A stretch of 64,000 nucleotides of DNA from Candidatus Cloacimonadales bacterium (GTDB taxonomy: Bacteria; Cloacimonadota; Cloacimonadia; Cloacimonadales; JAFGVF01): contig CAXXOU010000004.1 in assembly GCA_963677495.2 (NCBI GenBank), forward strand, positions 1,376,001-1,440,000, given 5' to 3'. This document shows positions 38,312 to 48,333 of the stretch, piece by piece. The position numbers and the translations under genes were made by a program. The number at the start of each line of letters is the position of its first letter. The stretch's first letter is position 1. The notes beneath the pieces are model-generated. The model had not been told where the DNA came from. It searched no databases and saw nothing but the letters and a program-made list of their open reading frames with translations.

Positions 38312-40366
38312 TTACTCATTATCTGCATTTGCTTCTGCGATAACTTTCTTGGCATTATCAGCAGGAACTTTCTCATAATGAGAGAATTCGTTTGTGAATC
38401 TTCCACGTCCCTGAGTCAGTGACTTAAGTGATGGGAAATATGAGAAGAGTTCACTTTGTGGTAGGTTAGCTTTAAGAATCTGCTTACGACCTTTCTGCTC
38501 CATACCCATGATTTTACCTCTTCTAGTAGAGATGTCACCCATAACATCACCCATGTATTCATTAGGGATGATGATGTCTGCAATCATGATAGGTTCAAGA
38601 AGAACTGGTTTTGCAGTTTCAAAAGCAAGTTTCAAACACTGTGATGAAGCGATTTTGAAAGCCATTTCTGAAGAGTCAACATCATGGTATGAACCGAAAT
38701 AAAGTTCTACAGAGATGTCAACAATCTCATAACCAGCTACAATACCTTTCTTCAATGATTCGTTAAGACCTTTTTCTACTGCTGGAATGTAGTTAGATGG
38801 AATTACACCACCAACGATTGAGTTGATGAATTCGAAACCTTCACCACGCTGTCTTGGTTTAACTTTGAAGTAAACTTCACCAAATTGTCCTTTACCACCT
38901 GACTGTTTTTTATGTCTGTATTTTACATCAGCACTTCCTGTAAGAGTCTCTTTATAAGCAACTCTTGGGTTTTGAAGAAGAGCTTCAACTTTATATCTTG
39001 CTTTAAGTTTCTTTTGAAGAAGAGCAATCTGCTGTGAACCCATACCTGAAACTATATTTTCATGTGTTTCCGGATTGATGTACTGTCTGATTGTTGGATC
39101 TTCATTACTAAGTTTGTTTAAAGCTTCACCAATCTTATCTTCGTCTGACTGATTAGCAGCTCTGATAGCCTGCCAATAAACAGGAGTAGGTAAAACAACT
39201 GCAGGGTAAGCTTTCTTTGAGTTTGAGTTAACCATTGAGCAAAGGTTCTTAGCTGTTTTAAGTTTAACAAGTCCACCAATCTCACCGGCTTTAAGTTCGT
39301 TAGTATCTTTTCTGTTCTTACCCATAATGTAGAACATGTTACCAACTTTATCTTTTCCATCTTTTTCAGGAACGAAAACGTCAAGGGCGTTTGTAAGTGA
39401 CCCTGAGTAAACTCTGATGTAAGCAATGTCACCCATTACAGGATCAGCGATTGATTTGAAGATATAACCAAGAAGCTCACCATCAGGAGAGATAATCATC
39501 TGTTTTTCTTCACCATCTTCAAGGATATCAATCTCTTTAACTTCAGCTGGTGAAGGAAGATAGTTTACACAACCTTCGATGAAAGCTCTGATTCCCTGGT
39601 CTGTAGTTGCTGAGCAAGCAAATGCAGGCATAAGATTGCCATCTACAACAGCTTTCTTGATTCCGGCAACCATATCAGCTTCTGATAGTTCCATCTCTTC
39701 AAGGAATTTATCAAGTAATGCTTCATCTGTTTCAGCAATACTTTCCATGAGTTCCATTCTCTTCTCTTCAACAAGATCAGCCATATCAGCAGGGATATCA
39801 GCAATCTCATTGTCGATGTATGCTTTCTGCTTCACAAGGTCAACAACACCACGGAAACTTCCTTCTGCACCGATAGGAATCATAACAGGAACAGCTTTGA
39901 TTTCCATGTTCTCATAAATGAGCTCTATAACTTTGTTGAAATCTGCATTTTCGTTATCCATTCTGTTAACGAGAAGAGCTTTACCAATCTTTTTTGTTTC
40001 AAGAAGTTCTAAAGCCTGTTCAAGACCAACTTCAAATCCACCGGTAGCATTAGCAACTACAACAGCTGTTTCAACAGCAACAGTAGCAGTTGTCTGGTCA
40101 CCAATCATATCTGGATTTCCGGGGGTATCCACTATGTTGATTCTCCAGTCCTTCCAGTCAACATAACCAAGACCGGTCATTAGTGACATCTTTCTCTCAA
40201 TCTCTTCCGGATCAAAGTCAAGTACTGTATTACCGTCTTCTATCTTACCAATTTTGGATGTCATCTTTGCATAGTTAAAAAGGTGTTCTGCTAAAGTAGT
40301 TTTACCGGCTCCACTTCCACCGAAGAAACCGATATTTCTTATCTTGTCTAAACTGTATTGTTTCAT
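38312..40366 (-). CDS. fusA: Elongation factor G-like protein (EF-G2 type paralog)
   Basis: Full EF-G architecture (KKQSGG.GQF, GSYHDVDSSE.AF, LLEPI); non-canonical G1/G4; start ATG 40366 with GGGGGA RBS. Confidence 0.85.
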   Translation of the reverse strand: MKQYSLDKIRNIGFFGGSGAGKTTLAEHLFNYAKMTSKIGKIEDGNTVLDFDPEEIERKMSLMTGLGYVDWKDWRINIVDTPGNPDMIGDQTTATVAVETAVVVANATGGFEVGLEQALELLETKKIGKALLVNRMDNENADFNKVIELIYENMEIKAVPVMIPIGAEGSFRGVVDLVKQKAYIDNEIADIPADMADLVEEKRMELMESIAETDEALLDKFLEEMELSEADMVAGIKKAVVDGNLMPAFACSATTDQGIRAFIEGCVNYLPSPAEVKEIDILEDGEEKQMIISPDGELLGYIFKSIADPVMGDIAYIRVYSGSLTNALDVFVPEKDGKDKVGNMFYIMGKNRKDTNELKAGEIGGLVKLKTAKNLCSMVNSNSKKAYPAVVLPTPVYWQAIRAANQSDEDKIGEALNKLSNEDPTIRQYINPETHENIVSGMGSQQIALLQKKLKARYKVEALLQNPRVAYKETLTGSADVKYRHKKQSGGKGQFGEVYFKVKPRQRGEGFEFINSIVGGVIPSNYIPAVEKGLNESLKKGIVAGYEIVDISVELYFGSYHDVDSSEMAFKIASSQCLKLAFETAKPVLLEPIMIADIIIPNEYMGDVMGDISTRRGKIMGMEQKGRKQILKANLPQSELFSYFPSLKSLTQGRGRFTNEFSHYEKVPADNAKKVIAEANADNE

Positions 40367-40481
40367 ATTTTCCCCCGTATAGGTATTTTTTAACAATTTG
40401 AAAACCATTTTTGGAAAGCCAATTTGCTTGTCAATAAAAGCTTATATATTAATATAGATTACTATATATATACAAACTTTT

Positions 40482-40529
40482 GGGATTTAATTGGCTACTT
40501 GTCAGGGAGTAGTTTGATGCAAAGACTTA
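40482..40529 (+). repeat. GGAGTT..GTCAGG intergenic box variant
   Basis: CTACTTGTCAGG and CAAAGACTTA identical to the 7.6-kb copy. Confidence 0.7.
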
Positions 40530-40538
40530 TATCTGTTT

Positions 40539-40659
40539 GTCATTTCGAAGGTATCTGTACCTTCGAAATGGTCTTGGACCTTTCGAATGGTGCAACTCGC
40601 AGTATTCCGCGTCACATTAAAAGAGTACTATTTTCAAGGTCTGCGACCATTGAAAAGGT
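40539..40659. repeat. Array of five 14-bp ACC-N8-GGT-like palindromes
   Basis: Units at 40539, 40559, 40578, 40627, 40646; perfect 13-bp IR 40541-40553/40558-40570. Confidence 0.7.
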
Positions 40660-40700
40660 AGAACAATAGCAATTAACAAAACTTCTATGACCGTTCCCAA

Positions 40701-40730
40701 CTATAGGCTATAGGCTTAAGGCTATTAGCT
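40701..40730. repeat. Heptamer tandem repeat
   Basis: CTATAGG CTATAGG CTTAAGG CTATTAG. Confidence 0.55.
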
Positions 40731-40734
40731 AAAA

Positions 40735-43700
40735 CTACTTCATCAACATCATCTTCTTAGTTACGTTATAACTATTTGATTTCAATCGATAGAAATACAC
40801 ACCTGTTGCACATTGTTTATTGTTCCTATCAAGTCCTTCCCAAACAACTGTGTTCTTGCCTTCACTGAACCCTTTATAACGCTTAACCATCTGACCTCGT
40901 ATGTTATAAATAGAAAGCTCAGCTACATCATCCTTAGCTACATCAAAGCTGATAGTTGTAGTTGGATTAAATGGGTTCGGATATGCGCTATATAACTTTG
41001 TTTGTAATTGAGGTTGTTGTACTTCAGGTTCATAAATCCCAACAGATTGTTCTAACGCTACAAGATATGGATAACCATTGTTTAAGCTAGTATCAATAGT
41101 CCAAATATCTTCTGAACCATTTGCTGTTTCCCCGAGGAAGTCCCAACCTATATTTAAATATGACTGTATATCCCTCATCTCAGATGAAATCAAACTAATA
41201 ATACTATTAGTTGTGTTATCAGTATTACCAATACTATTAGACAATTCAGTAAGTGTAATGTTCCAAATACAATTACTAGCAGAGCTATTAACACTTGTAC
41301 CAATAAATCCTCCAGTAGATGAATCGACAACATTATCCGGGAATCTAGTTACAGAATAGCAATCCTCAATGAAAGAGTTGCCTAACAATCCTACTAAACC
41401 ACCTACATTTGATGCAGATGATACATAATAACTTTCTATACAACCAAGACTTGAAGATGTATAACAGTTACTTATCACTGAATCATCATTAGCTTCACCA
41501 ACTAAACCACCAACCGATTCAGATGCTGAAACTATTGATAAGCTATATGATTCAGTTAATGAAGAATTACTCAAAAAACCTACTAGTCCACCACTTTGAA
41601 TTCTTGCTCCGCTTGAGCCAAGGAAGTATGAATCTGAAATCATTGAATCTTGAGCAAAACCAATGAGTCCTCCTGCTTTTAATCCATCGGATAAGCTGTA
41701 GAAATCATGATATCCCCAATATTCTGAATAACATGCACCGGAGTGACCATTCACATAGCAATTGCTAATTGCAGTGTCACAAGCAAAACCTACTAGTCCA
41801 CCTGCGTTATTCTTACTAAGTACATTTACATTGAATATTTCTACATCAGTGATTAAACAACTATTAGTAGCTATTCCACATAAACCTCCAACAGAATCGT
41901 CTCCTTCAACAGAAACATTATTTAAATCTATATTATCAAGTGTCGTATTCGAAATAGATCCACAAACAACTCCAGTATTGTCTTCTCCTTCAAGTTCACA
42001 GTTATCAAACTTAAGGTTTTCGATTGTGCAACCCTGTGCTTGAGCAAAGAATCCGCAGTTCTCATCCTTGATAAGTGAGTAGTTAGATATTGTATAATTG
42101 TTTCCGTTTATATTTGAAATCATTTTTGGGATATAAAAATTAGCCTGATCTTGCAAATCGATGTCTGAGTTTAGACTAAAGCAAAAACTGGAAATTGAAC
42201 CAAAATGTATCAGATACTTAATCTCATCAAAACTGTTTAATTGATATGCTGAATCATTATATGTTAAGTAATCATCAATATAAATTTCGTCTATTGACAT
42301 ATCATTTGCAATCCAATCATAGTATAAGTCACTTGGAAGAGCAAACTCAGAAACTCGATGCCCAGAATTTATTATCACAGTTTCATAATCATAATAACAA
42401 TTACTAGCACTGTTTAACTCAAAATCTCTACCAAAAAAGCTATGTGAAACTATACAGTTCAAAGGTCCTGTAAATGTACATCTTGAAAAGGTTGAGTTTG
42501 AAGCATGAGCTACTAATCCATATCCATTAATTTCTGATTCACTTGAACAATTAGAAAGTGTACTGGAAATACAAGCCCCAACAACTCCACCCATCAAAGC
42601 ATAACTGGGAATTGTCTCACCGAAGAAACTACAATCGATAACTTCACTATTTATTGATCTTCCAATCACTCCACCACCATAGTTCATTATTTGAACCCAT
42701 TGCTCAATATATCCCTCAGCTTCAACACTACATATTGATGTGCAATTACTAACAAGTGTAGAAGATGCTGTTCCGATTATTCCCCCTGTAGCCTCATATG
42801 GATTATCACTATCTACACGACCTGATGTATGACAATTGATAATCTCTGAGTTATCAGAATTAACAATTAATCCTGCATAATGTGCGAAAGTATTGCTAAC
42901 GTTAAGGTTGGATATTATCGCATCATGTACATAACCAAACATAGCTGAATCAAATACGAATAAACTATCAACTACAAATCCACCACCATCGTAGATTCCC
43001 ATAAAATGATTATCGTAATCTCCAATTGCCTGAAAACCCAAATCCCATTCATAATCACCCATAACATCTGTTTGAGACGCTGAGGCATCAATATCATTGG
43101 TTTGGAGAAAATATGTATCATTAAACCCATTATTGTTTTCACAACTAACACTTATCCATTTCAAATCAGAGTATGAACTGATTTGGTAAGGATCGGTTTC
43201 TGTACCCGAACCATTAATAATATGATTCACAGTAACATAGTCTTCTTTTATTAAAGAATCTGAACCAGTTTCGTTTGATATTGTCAAAGTAACATCATAC
43301 ACACCAAATTCGTCATATGTCCAAATTGGATTCTGCTCATAGCTATCAATTATCCCATCACTTTCAAAGTCCCACTCCCAACTTGTTGGATTACCATAGC
43401 TGGAGTCAGTAAATTGTAATGTTTCTTCAATATCAACCACATCATTGCTAACTGCAAAGTTTGAGACAAGTTGCTGATTGTAAACAAATGGAAACCCATC
43501 ATTGATGTTTTCTTGTATACCCCAAATTTCTTCAGAGCCATTCACAGATTCCCCAACAAAATCCCATCCGAGTGAAGTATAGGTAGATTCTTGTCTCATC
43601 TCGTTTTCAGTACAATTTATTATATTATCAATAGTACCATCAGTGTTTGTATAAACAGCATACAATTCTCCATTATACAAAGAGTCATTCCAAACACAAT

Positions 43701-44502
43701 TATGTACCGAAGATGAATTGTTATTGTATAGCAATGCACCGACTTCTTGATAATCAGAAATATTCGATATTGAATAACAATTAAATATCTCGGAGTTGTT
43801 AAAGGCAGAACCAACTATTCCACCATGCCCTAATAGAATCCCTGCAAATCCGGTTAACTCCCCGTTGTTGAAGCAATTGGACACAATAGACTCATCGCAA
43901 TATCCGGTTATACCACCAGTCTCAAAGAATCCACTTACAAGTGCAGATGAACTACATCTAGAAATTGTAGAAAAGTTTATGCATGAGCCAACAATACCAC
44001 CGGTTCTTTCATCCCCAACTATTGATCCACTTACGTGACAGTTCGAAATAGTTGATGAATTTGCCAAACCAGCTATTCCACCAGTATTCCCTGAAGTTGT
44101 CAGGCAATCTAAATCAACTTCAAGTGATACATTTTCAATTTCAGAACTGTTAATTACACCAAATAATCCATTTTGAAACTCTACAAGTCCAATAAACAAG
44201 TCTACAATTTGATGCATACCCCCATCATAGTAGCCATAAAATGGTGCGTTAAGACTCCCAATCGGGCTAAATCCTACTCCTCCATTCCAATTCTCAGTAT
44301 CAGATGCATCAATATCTGCTGTTTGTAGGAAATGAGCATTATCATCCCAAACATCAGGGGTTGTACTTAACCATAAAAGGTTATCAAGATTTGAGATTAA
44401 ATAAGGATCGGTTTCTGAACCACTACCTGTGGGTTGTACACCATCAGCAAAAATAGTTTGAATTGAAAATAGGATCACGATAATAAATATAATGTTCTTC
44501 AT
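40735..44502 (-). CDS. Large GLUG-motif secreted protein with PKD domain and C-terminal sorting domain
   Basis: Two GSG(S/T)ETDPY modules, many GG(L/I)VG repeats, PKD (PTSWEWDF...G.YDVTLT), YPNPFNPTTTISF; GGAGG RBS before ATG 44502. Confidence 0.8.
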   Translation of the reverse strand: MKNIIFIIVILFSIQTIFADGVQPTGSGSETDPYLISNLDNLLWLSTTPDVWDDNAHFLQTADIDASDTENWNGGVGFSPIGSLNAPFYGYYDGGMHQIVDLFIGLVEFQNGLFGVINSSEIENVSLEVDLDCLTTSGNTGGIAGLANSSTISNCHVSGSIVGDERTGGIVGSCINFSTISRCSSSALVSGFFETGGITGYCDESIVSNCFNNGELTGFAGILLGHGGIVGSAFNNSEIFNCYSISNISDYQEVGALLYNNNSSSVHNCVWNDSLYNGELYAVYTNTDGTIDNIINCTENEMRQESTYTSLGWDFVGESVNGSEEIWGIQENINDGFPFVYNQQLVSNFAVSNDVVDIEETLQFTDSSYGNPTSWEWDFESDGIIDSYEQNPIWTYDEFGVYDVTLTISNETGSDSLIKEDYVTVNHIINGSGTETDPYQISSYSDLKWISVSCENNNGFNDTYFLQTNDIDASASQTDVMGDYEWDLGFQAIGDYDNHFMGIYDGGGFVVDSLFVFDSAMFGYVHDAIISNLNVSNTFAHYAGLIVNSDNSEIINCHTSGRVDSDNPYEATGGIIGTASSTLVSNCTSICSVEAEGYIEQWVQIMNYGGGVIGRSINSEVIDCSFFGETIPSYALMGGVVGACISSTLSNCSSESEINGYGLVAHASNSTFSRCTFTGPLNCIVSHSFFGRDFELNSASNCYYDYETVIINSGHRVSEFALPSDLYYDWIANDMSIDEIYIDDYLTYNDSAYQLNSFDEIKYLIHFGSISSFCFSLNSDIDLQDQANFYIPKMISNINGNNYTISNYSLIKDENCGFFAQAQGCTIENLKFDNCELEGEDNTGVVCGSISNTTLDNIDLNNVSVEGDDSVGGLCGIATNSCLITDVEIFNVNVLSKNNAGGLVGFACDTAISNCYVNGHSGACYSEYWGYHDFYSLSDGLKAGGLIGFAQDSMISDSYFLGSSGARIQSGGLVGFLSNSSLTESYSLSIVSASESVGGLVGEANDDSVISNCYTSSSLGCIESYYVSSASNVGGLVGLLGNSFIEDCYSVTRFPDNVVDSSTGGFIGTSVNSSASNCIWNITLTELSNSIGNTDNTTNSIISLISSEMRDIQSYLNIGWDFLGETANGSEDIWTIDTSLNNGYPYLVALEQSVGIYEPEVQQPQLQTKLYSAYPNPFNPTTTISFDVAKDDVAELSIYNIRGQMVKRYKGFSEGKNTVVWEGLDRNNKQCATGVYFYRLKSNSYNVTKKMMLMK

Positions 44503-44726
44503 AGTTTCCTCCAAGACGTATAAAACACTATTAACTAATCACCTAACTTACATAACAATACTATTATCGTCATAGAATCTTCTCATGTCAAGAGATTTAT
44601 TATTTTCTAAACGCAAATGTTAAAAGCCTATCTATTTCATATACATATTACTTATTGAAGATGCTTGAATGCTCTCCATTTTTTCAGTGAAAAATATTGA
44701 AAAGAGATGTCAATACTTCAGCAGAT

Positions 44727-44803
44727 ATCCACTAAAGCCATCCGAGCGTCCCATCGACTTCGTTCATTTCGTTTCACTTCATTCAGCTCCGTTCAAGGTG
44801 ACA
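44727..44803 (-). repeat. REP-like half element
   Basis: Inverted homolog of 20949-21025. Confidence 0.75.
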
Positions 44804-44838
44804 TAAACAGTGCAATTTGCAATGACTTACAGCATTTC

Positions 44839-44895
44839 AGGGAGTTTGTCGGCCTGATAAGGCAACGGACTTCCTAAAATGCACTACGAAGTCCC
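44839..44895 (+). repeat. AGGGAGTTTG-N17-CGGACTTCCTAAAA hairpin module
   Basis: Both motifs recur with identical spacing at 54460/54487. Confidence 0.75.
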
Positions 44896-44905
44896 TTTTC
44901 CCTGA

Positions 44906-44945
44906 TTTCGTTCTCGCGTCACGCTATCGCTGCAACGCAAGTCCG
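44906..44945. repeat. GC-rich dispersed module
   Basis: Inverted homolog of 7691-7736. Confidence 0.75.
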
Positions 44946-44950
44946 GAAAT

Positions 44951-45136
44951 GACATACACAGCGCCTTTTGCAATAACTTAGCTATATTTATTGCCCTTTT
45001 AACTCTCTTTTACTGCTCTATCCATCAACGCACTGTGTCTGCACTGTGCACGCACTGTGAAGGCACTGCCAACCCACTGTTTCACTGGGTGCACAGTGCG
45101 TGCACAGTGGGAAAACAGTGGGATAATTGCGTTTTG
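44951..45136 (+). repeat. ~200-bp dispersed element with 11-bp-period CACTG/CAGTG array, copy 3
   Basis: Cores at 45031, 45042, 45053, 45064, 45075 | 45083, 45094, 45105, 45116. Confidence 0.92.
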
Positions 45137-45352
45137 TCTAATGGATTGCATCAACTGCGTAGATGCAACTGCAAAATGACAGTAGAAGGAACACTATTTG
45201 AAAATATTACATTAACTAAGTCCTAACAGACAAACTGACACATTCGATTAAATCCATATTGTTGCCGAACAAGTTCATGACCTTTTATCCTTGACTATAT
45301 AAATGAGTAATATAATACTTAAGTTGATATAAATTAATATATGGAGGATATA

Positions 45353-46675
45353 ATGAAAAGAGTCTTAATGTTACTAATTCTACTCGTTGGGATACTTCAT
45401 GCTACTGAACAGGTAGTTGTTTATAATGATAATTTGGCACTAATCAAGGATGAGATTACACTTGAAAATGTTAAAAAAGGGAAAGGCTACTATACATATG
45501 ATGATATAACATCACAGATAAAACCTGAGTCTGTTGTCTTAATCCCAAAATCAGCAGACATCTCAGTGCTTGAACAGAATTTTGAGTATGATCTTGGAAA
45601 CACTGAAACTATTTTACAAAAATATATGGGAAAAGAAATTAATATTGAGACAGTAAATGGAAACAAATTTGATGGAGAACTTCAATTCAATGATACGAGG
45701 ACTATTGGATTAAAGTCAGCTGATGGTTCCATTTCTCTTATTAGCATCAAAGATATACAAAATATTCAGCTGGTTAAGATGCCTGAAAATTTCTATTTAA
45801 AGCCAACATTAAGATGGGAAATAGATTCAAAGAAGAAACTTAATCTTAATGCTGACCTTAGTTATCTTACCGGTGGCTTAAACTGGGAAGCAATATATAA
45901 TATGGTTTGGAATGATGAAAATCTAACATTTCATTCCTGGATAAACATGGATAATCATAGTGGCAAATCTTTTGATAACATCAAACTAAAACTCATTGCA
46001 GGAAATATAAACAGAATTCGAAGCAAATTTAAAAGAAAACGTAGAAGTTATGATCTTAGCGTAGCGGGAATAGCCAGTGCACCAACTACACAACAGGCAT
46101 TCCACGATTTCCATATGTACACAGTTAGTCATCCTGTTTCTATTAATGATAAGCAAACAAAGCAGATAAGATTGTATGACACGAAAATTGCAAAAGCAGA
46201 TCGACTTTATAAATACAATACTTTCAACGACGAAGTTGAAGGTTATATTAAGTTTAGGAATAATGAAGAATCAGGAATGGGTATTCCCCTGCCAGCCGGT
46301 AAAGTAATGGTTTATAGAGCTGATCAAACTGATAATGAAATGGCACTGATCGGTGAATCATTATTGAATCATACTTCAAAGAAGGAGGTAGTCGAGATTA
46401 AAACCGGAACTGCTTTCGATATTAAAGGTGAAACAGTTGTTGTTGAACAAAGGAATCATGGTAAAGGTAAATATACAAGAAAAATAGAGATTACTTTGAA
46501 GAATAGAAGTGATAAGAAAGCGAGGATTAGAGTTATCCATAGGTTTGATAACGGTACAAAATTGATAAAATCGACTCCTAAGCTCAAAGTTGAAAAGGCC
46601 GGAAAAGCTGCGTGCTATGTTGATATTGATGCTGATTCCGTAATAAAGATTTCTATTACTGAAAAGAAAGATTAA
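45353..46675 (+). CDS. DUF4139 domain exported protein
   Basis: VYNDNLALI, EQNFEYDL, PTL.W, YLTGGL.W.A.Y, G.PLPAG.V.VY, G.AFD. Confidence 0.75.
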   Translation: MKRVLMLLILLVGILHATEQVVVYNDNLALIKDEITLENVKKGKGYYTYDDITSQIKPESVVLIPKSADISVLEQNFEYDLGNTETILQKYMGKEINIETVNGNKFDGELQFNDTRTIGLKSADGSISLISIKDIQNIQLVKMPENFYLKPTLRWEIDSKKKLNLNADLSYLTGGLNWEAIYNMVWNDENLTFHSWINMDNHSGKSFDNIKLKLIAGNINRIRSKFKRKRRSYDLSVAGIASAPTTQQAFHDFHMYTVSHPVSINDKQTKQIRLYDTKIAKADRLYKYNTFNDEVEGYIKFRNNEESGMGIPLPAGKVMVYRADQTDNEMALIGESLLNHTSKKEVVEIKTGTAFDIKGETVVVEQRNHGKGKYTRKIEITLKNRSDKKARIRVIHRFDNGTKLIKSTPKLKVEKAGKAACYVDIDADSVIKISITEKKD

Positions 46676-46693
46676 ATTACTCCTTATACAATG

Positions 46694-46723
46694 AGCCCCT
46701 GTTCTACTGGATAGGGGCTTTTT
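46694..46723 (+). terminator. Intrinsic terminator
   Basis: AGCCCCTGTTC/GATAGGGGCT stem + T run. Confidence 0.75.
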
Positions 46724-46911
46724 GCTTAACAAAGCATACTTGAAATGTTGCCAAACCCAAAGAAAGTCATCTTCCAATATTACCAATAATAAATATTATT
46801 CATAGAATATTTTCAAGTATAGCGTGTTTATTTATTGCTTGACAACGCTTTATGACTTCCATTATTTTGAATGATGAATTAGTCTCAGAAAGTATATGGA
46901 GGTAAATATAT

Positions 46912-48168
46912 ATGAAACGGCTACTGTTTATACTGGCTATAGCATTATTGTTAGTAGCCTGTCAGAACGATACAACAAACTCTAATAATGGAGATTTCAC
47001 TCCCAAGGAATTTGTTGCACTTGATGTAGATCCTGACTTTAATTGGAGTAATACAAGATATCTTACACTTGAAGTTCAGGGTGATGCCACACTTTTAGAA
47101 GGTAGAAAAGTTACTCTCGAGAATTTAACTCATAAAGTATCAAGTGCATTTATATATGATGGCACACATACTTTTACTGTTGAAATCCCAAGTGAGCTTA
47201 TAGCGTTAAATGTTGTTTGTGATGAGTTGGGCTTCAGTCAAACAATCTCAACTTCTGAGCAGAATCAGATTGTTACGATCTCAGGTACCCCACAAAATAA
47301 AGGACCTAAAGTTGATTCTGATGGAGATGGAGTTGATGATTTAATTGATGATTTCCCTAATGATCCCGATAAAGCAGTACTTATCAGAGTTCCTGCTGTA
47401 GATGAAGATTACTGGGTATTTGAAGACTTGTGGCCTGATAAAGGTGATTATGACTTCAATGACTTGGTTATCCGTGAGTATGTTGAGCTACATATGAGTG
47501 CGACTAATATGTATGTTGGGGGAAGAGCAAAACTATGGCTCAACGCCATTGGAGCGAACTTCCATAACAGTATATTCTTGCACTTCATGGAGGCAAGCCT
47601 TGTGGGTGGAGAGTTGGTCTTCAATGAGCTTGCTGACCCTGATTTTGTTAAAAGTATTGAAACTTATCTGCCAAATATAAGGATTGATGAATACACTCCC
47701 AATACTATCGGTGCCTGGTATGATATTGAGTGGGAGCATTTTGGTTACCAGAACAATGGTTATGGTCCTCAAGACCACCCACATTCAAGAGAGTTTAACT
47801 TCACATTTGACGAGACAGGCATCCAGCCATCTAATCTGACTTTTGAATGGTACTTATCAATTGGAAATGAAAGAGAAAAAGAGTTGCATCATCCTATGTT
47901 TGCACCTACTGCAATAATGAACACATCCTATTTTAATACTGGAGATGATGCTACTAATATTGCAACTGGTTTCTACTACAAAACTGCTCTAAATCATCCT
48001 TGGGTTGTTCGAGTTTACGGAGATTTCAAGAATCCGAAGGAGTTTGTACAGATAACTGAAGCCTATCCTCACTTCCAAGACTGGGCTGAATCAAATGGCA
48101 GTCTACATCCGGATTGGTATAATACTTACGATCAAGATAAAGTATTCGACGAGTATTCGGCGAAATAA
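46912..48168 (+). CDS. LruC/DUF4842-domain lipoprotein
   Basis: Lipobox LVAC; DSDGDGV.D..DDFP.D; FEDLWP..GDYDFNDLV; AYP.F..WAES.G....DWY. Confidence 0.75.
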   Translation: MKRLLFILAIALLLVACQNDTTNSNNGDFTPKEFVALDVDPDFNWSNTRYLTLEVQGDATLLEGRKVTLENLTHKVSSAFIYDGTHTFTVEIPSELIALNVVCDELGFSQTISTSEQNQIVTISGTPQNKGPKVDSDGDGVDDLIDDFPNDPDKAVLIRVPAVDEDYWVFEDLWPDKGDYDFNDLVIREYVELHMSATNMYVGGRAKLWLNAIGANFHNSIFLHFMEASLVGGELVFNELADPDFVKSIETYLPNIRIDEYTPNTIGAWYDIEWEHFGYQNNGYGPQDHPHSREFNFTFDETGIQPSNLTFEWYLSIGNEREKELHHPMFAPTAIMNTSYFNTGDDATNIATGFYYKTALNHPWVVRVYGDFKNPKEFVQITEAYPHFQDWAESNGSLHPDWYNTYDQDKVFDEYSAK

Positions 48169-48195
48169 GTCCTTTTAGCTACAGACATAAATGAG

Positions 48196-48223
48196 AAGCA
48201 CCCTGAAAAAGGGTGCTTTTCTT
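48196..48223 (+). terminator. Intrinsic terminator
   Basis: AAGCACCC/GGGTGCTT stem + T run. Confidence 0.8.
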
Positions 48224-48333
48224 GTTTACAGGAAATTAAAAAATTATTTATTGCTATAACTAATATGAAGGGTTTTATGATAATTGATGTCAGCAATCAT
48301 AAATAGATTATAATGTTTAGAGTGAGGTACAAA

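Noticed and set aside
23806..44502. Diversity-generating retroelement TR/VR pair between GLUG paralogs
   Set aside because: Differences are mostly synonymous and not adenine-specific; no reverse transcriptase in the window.
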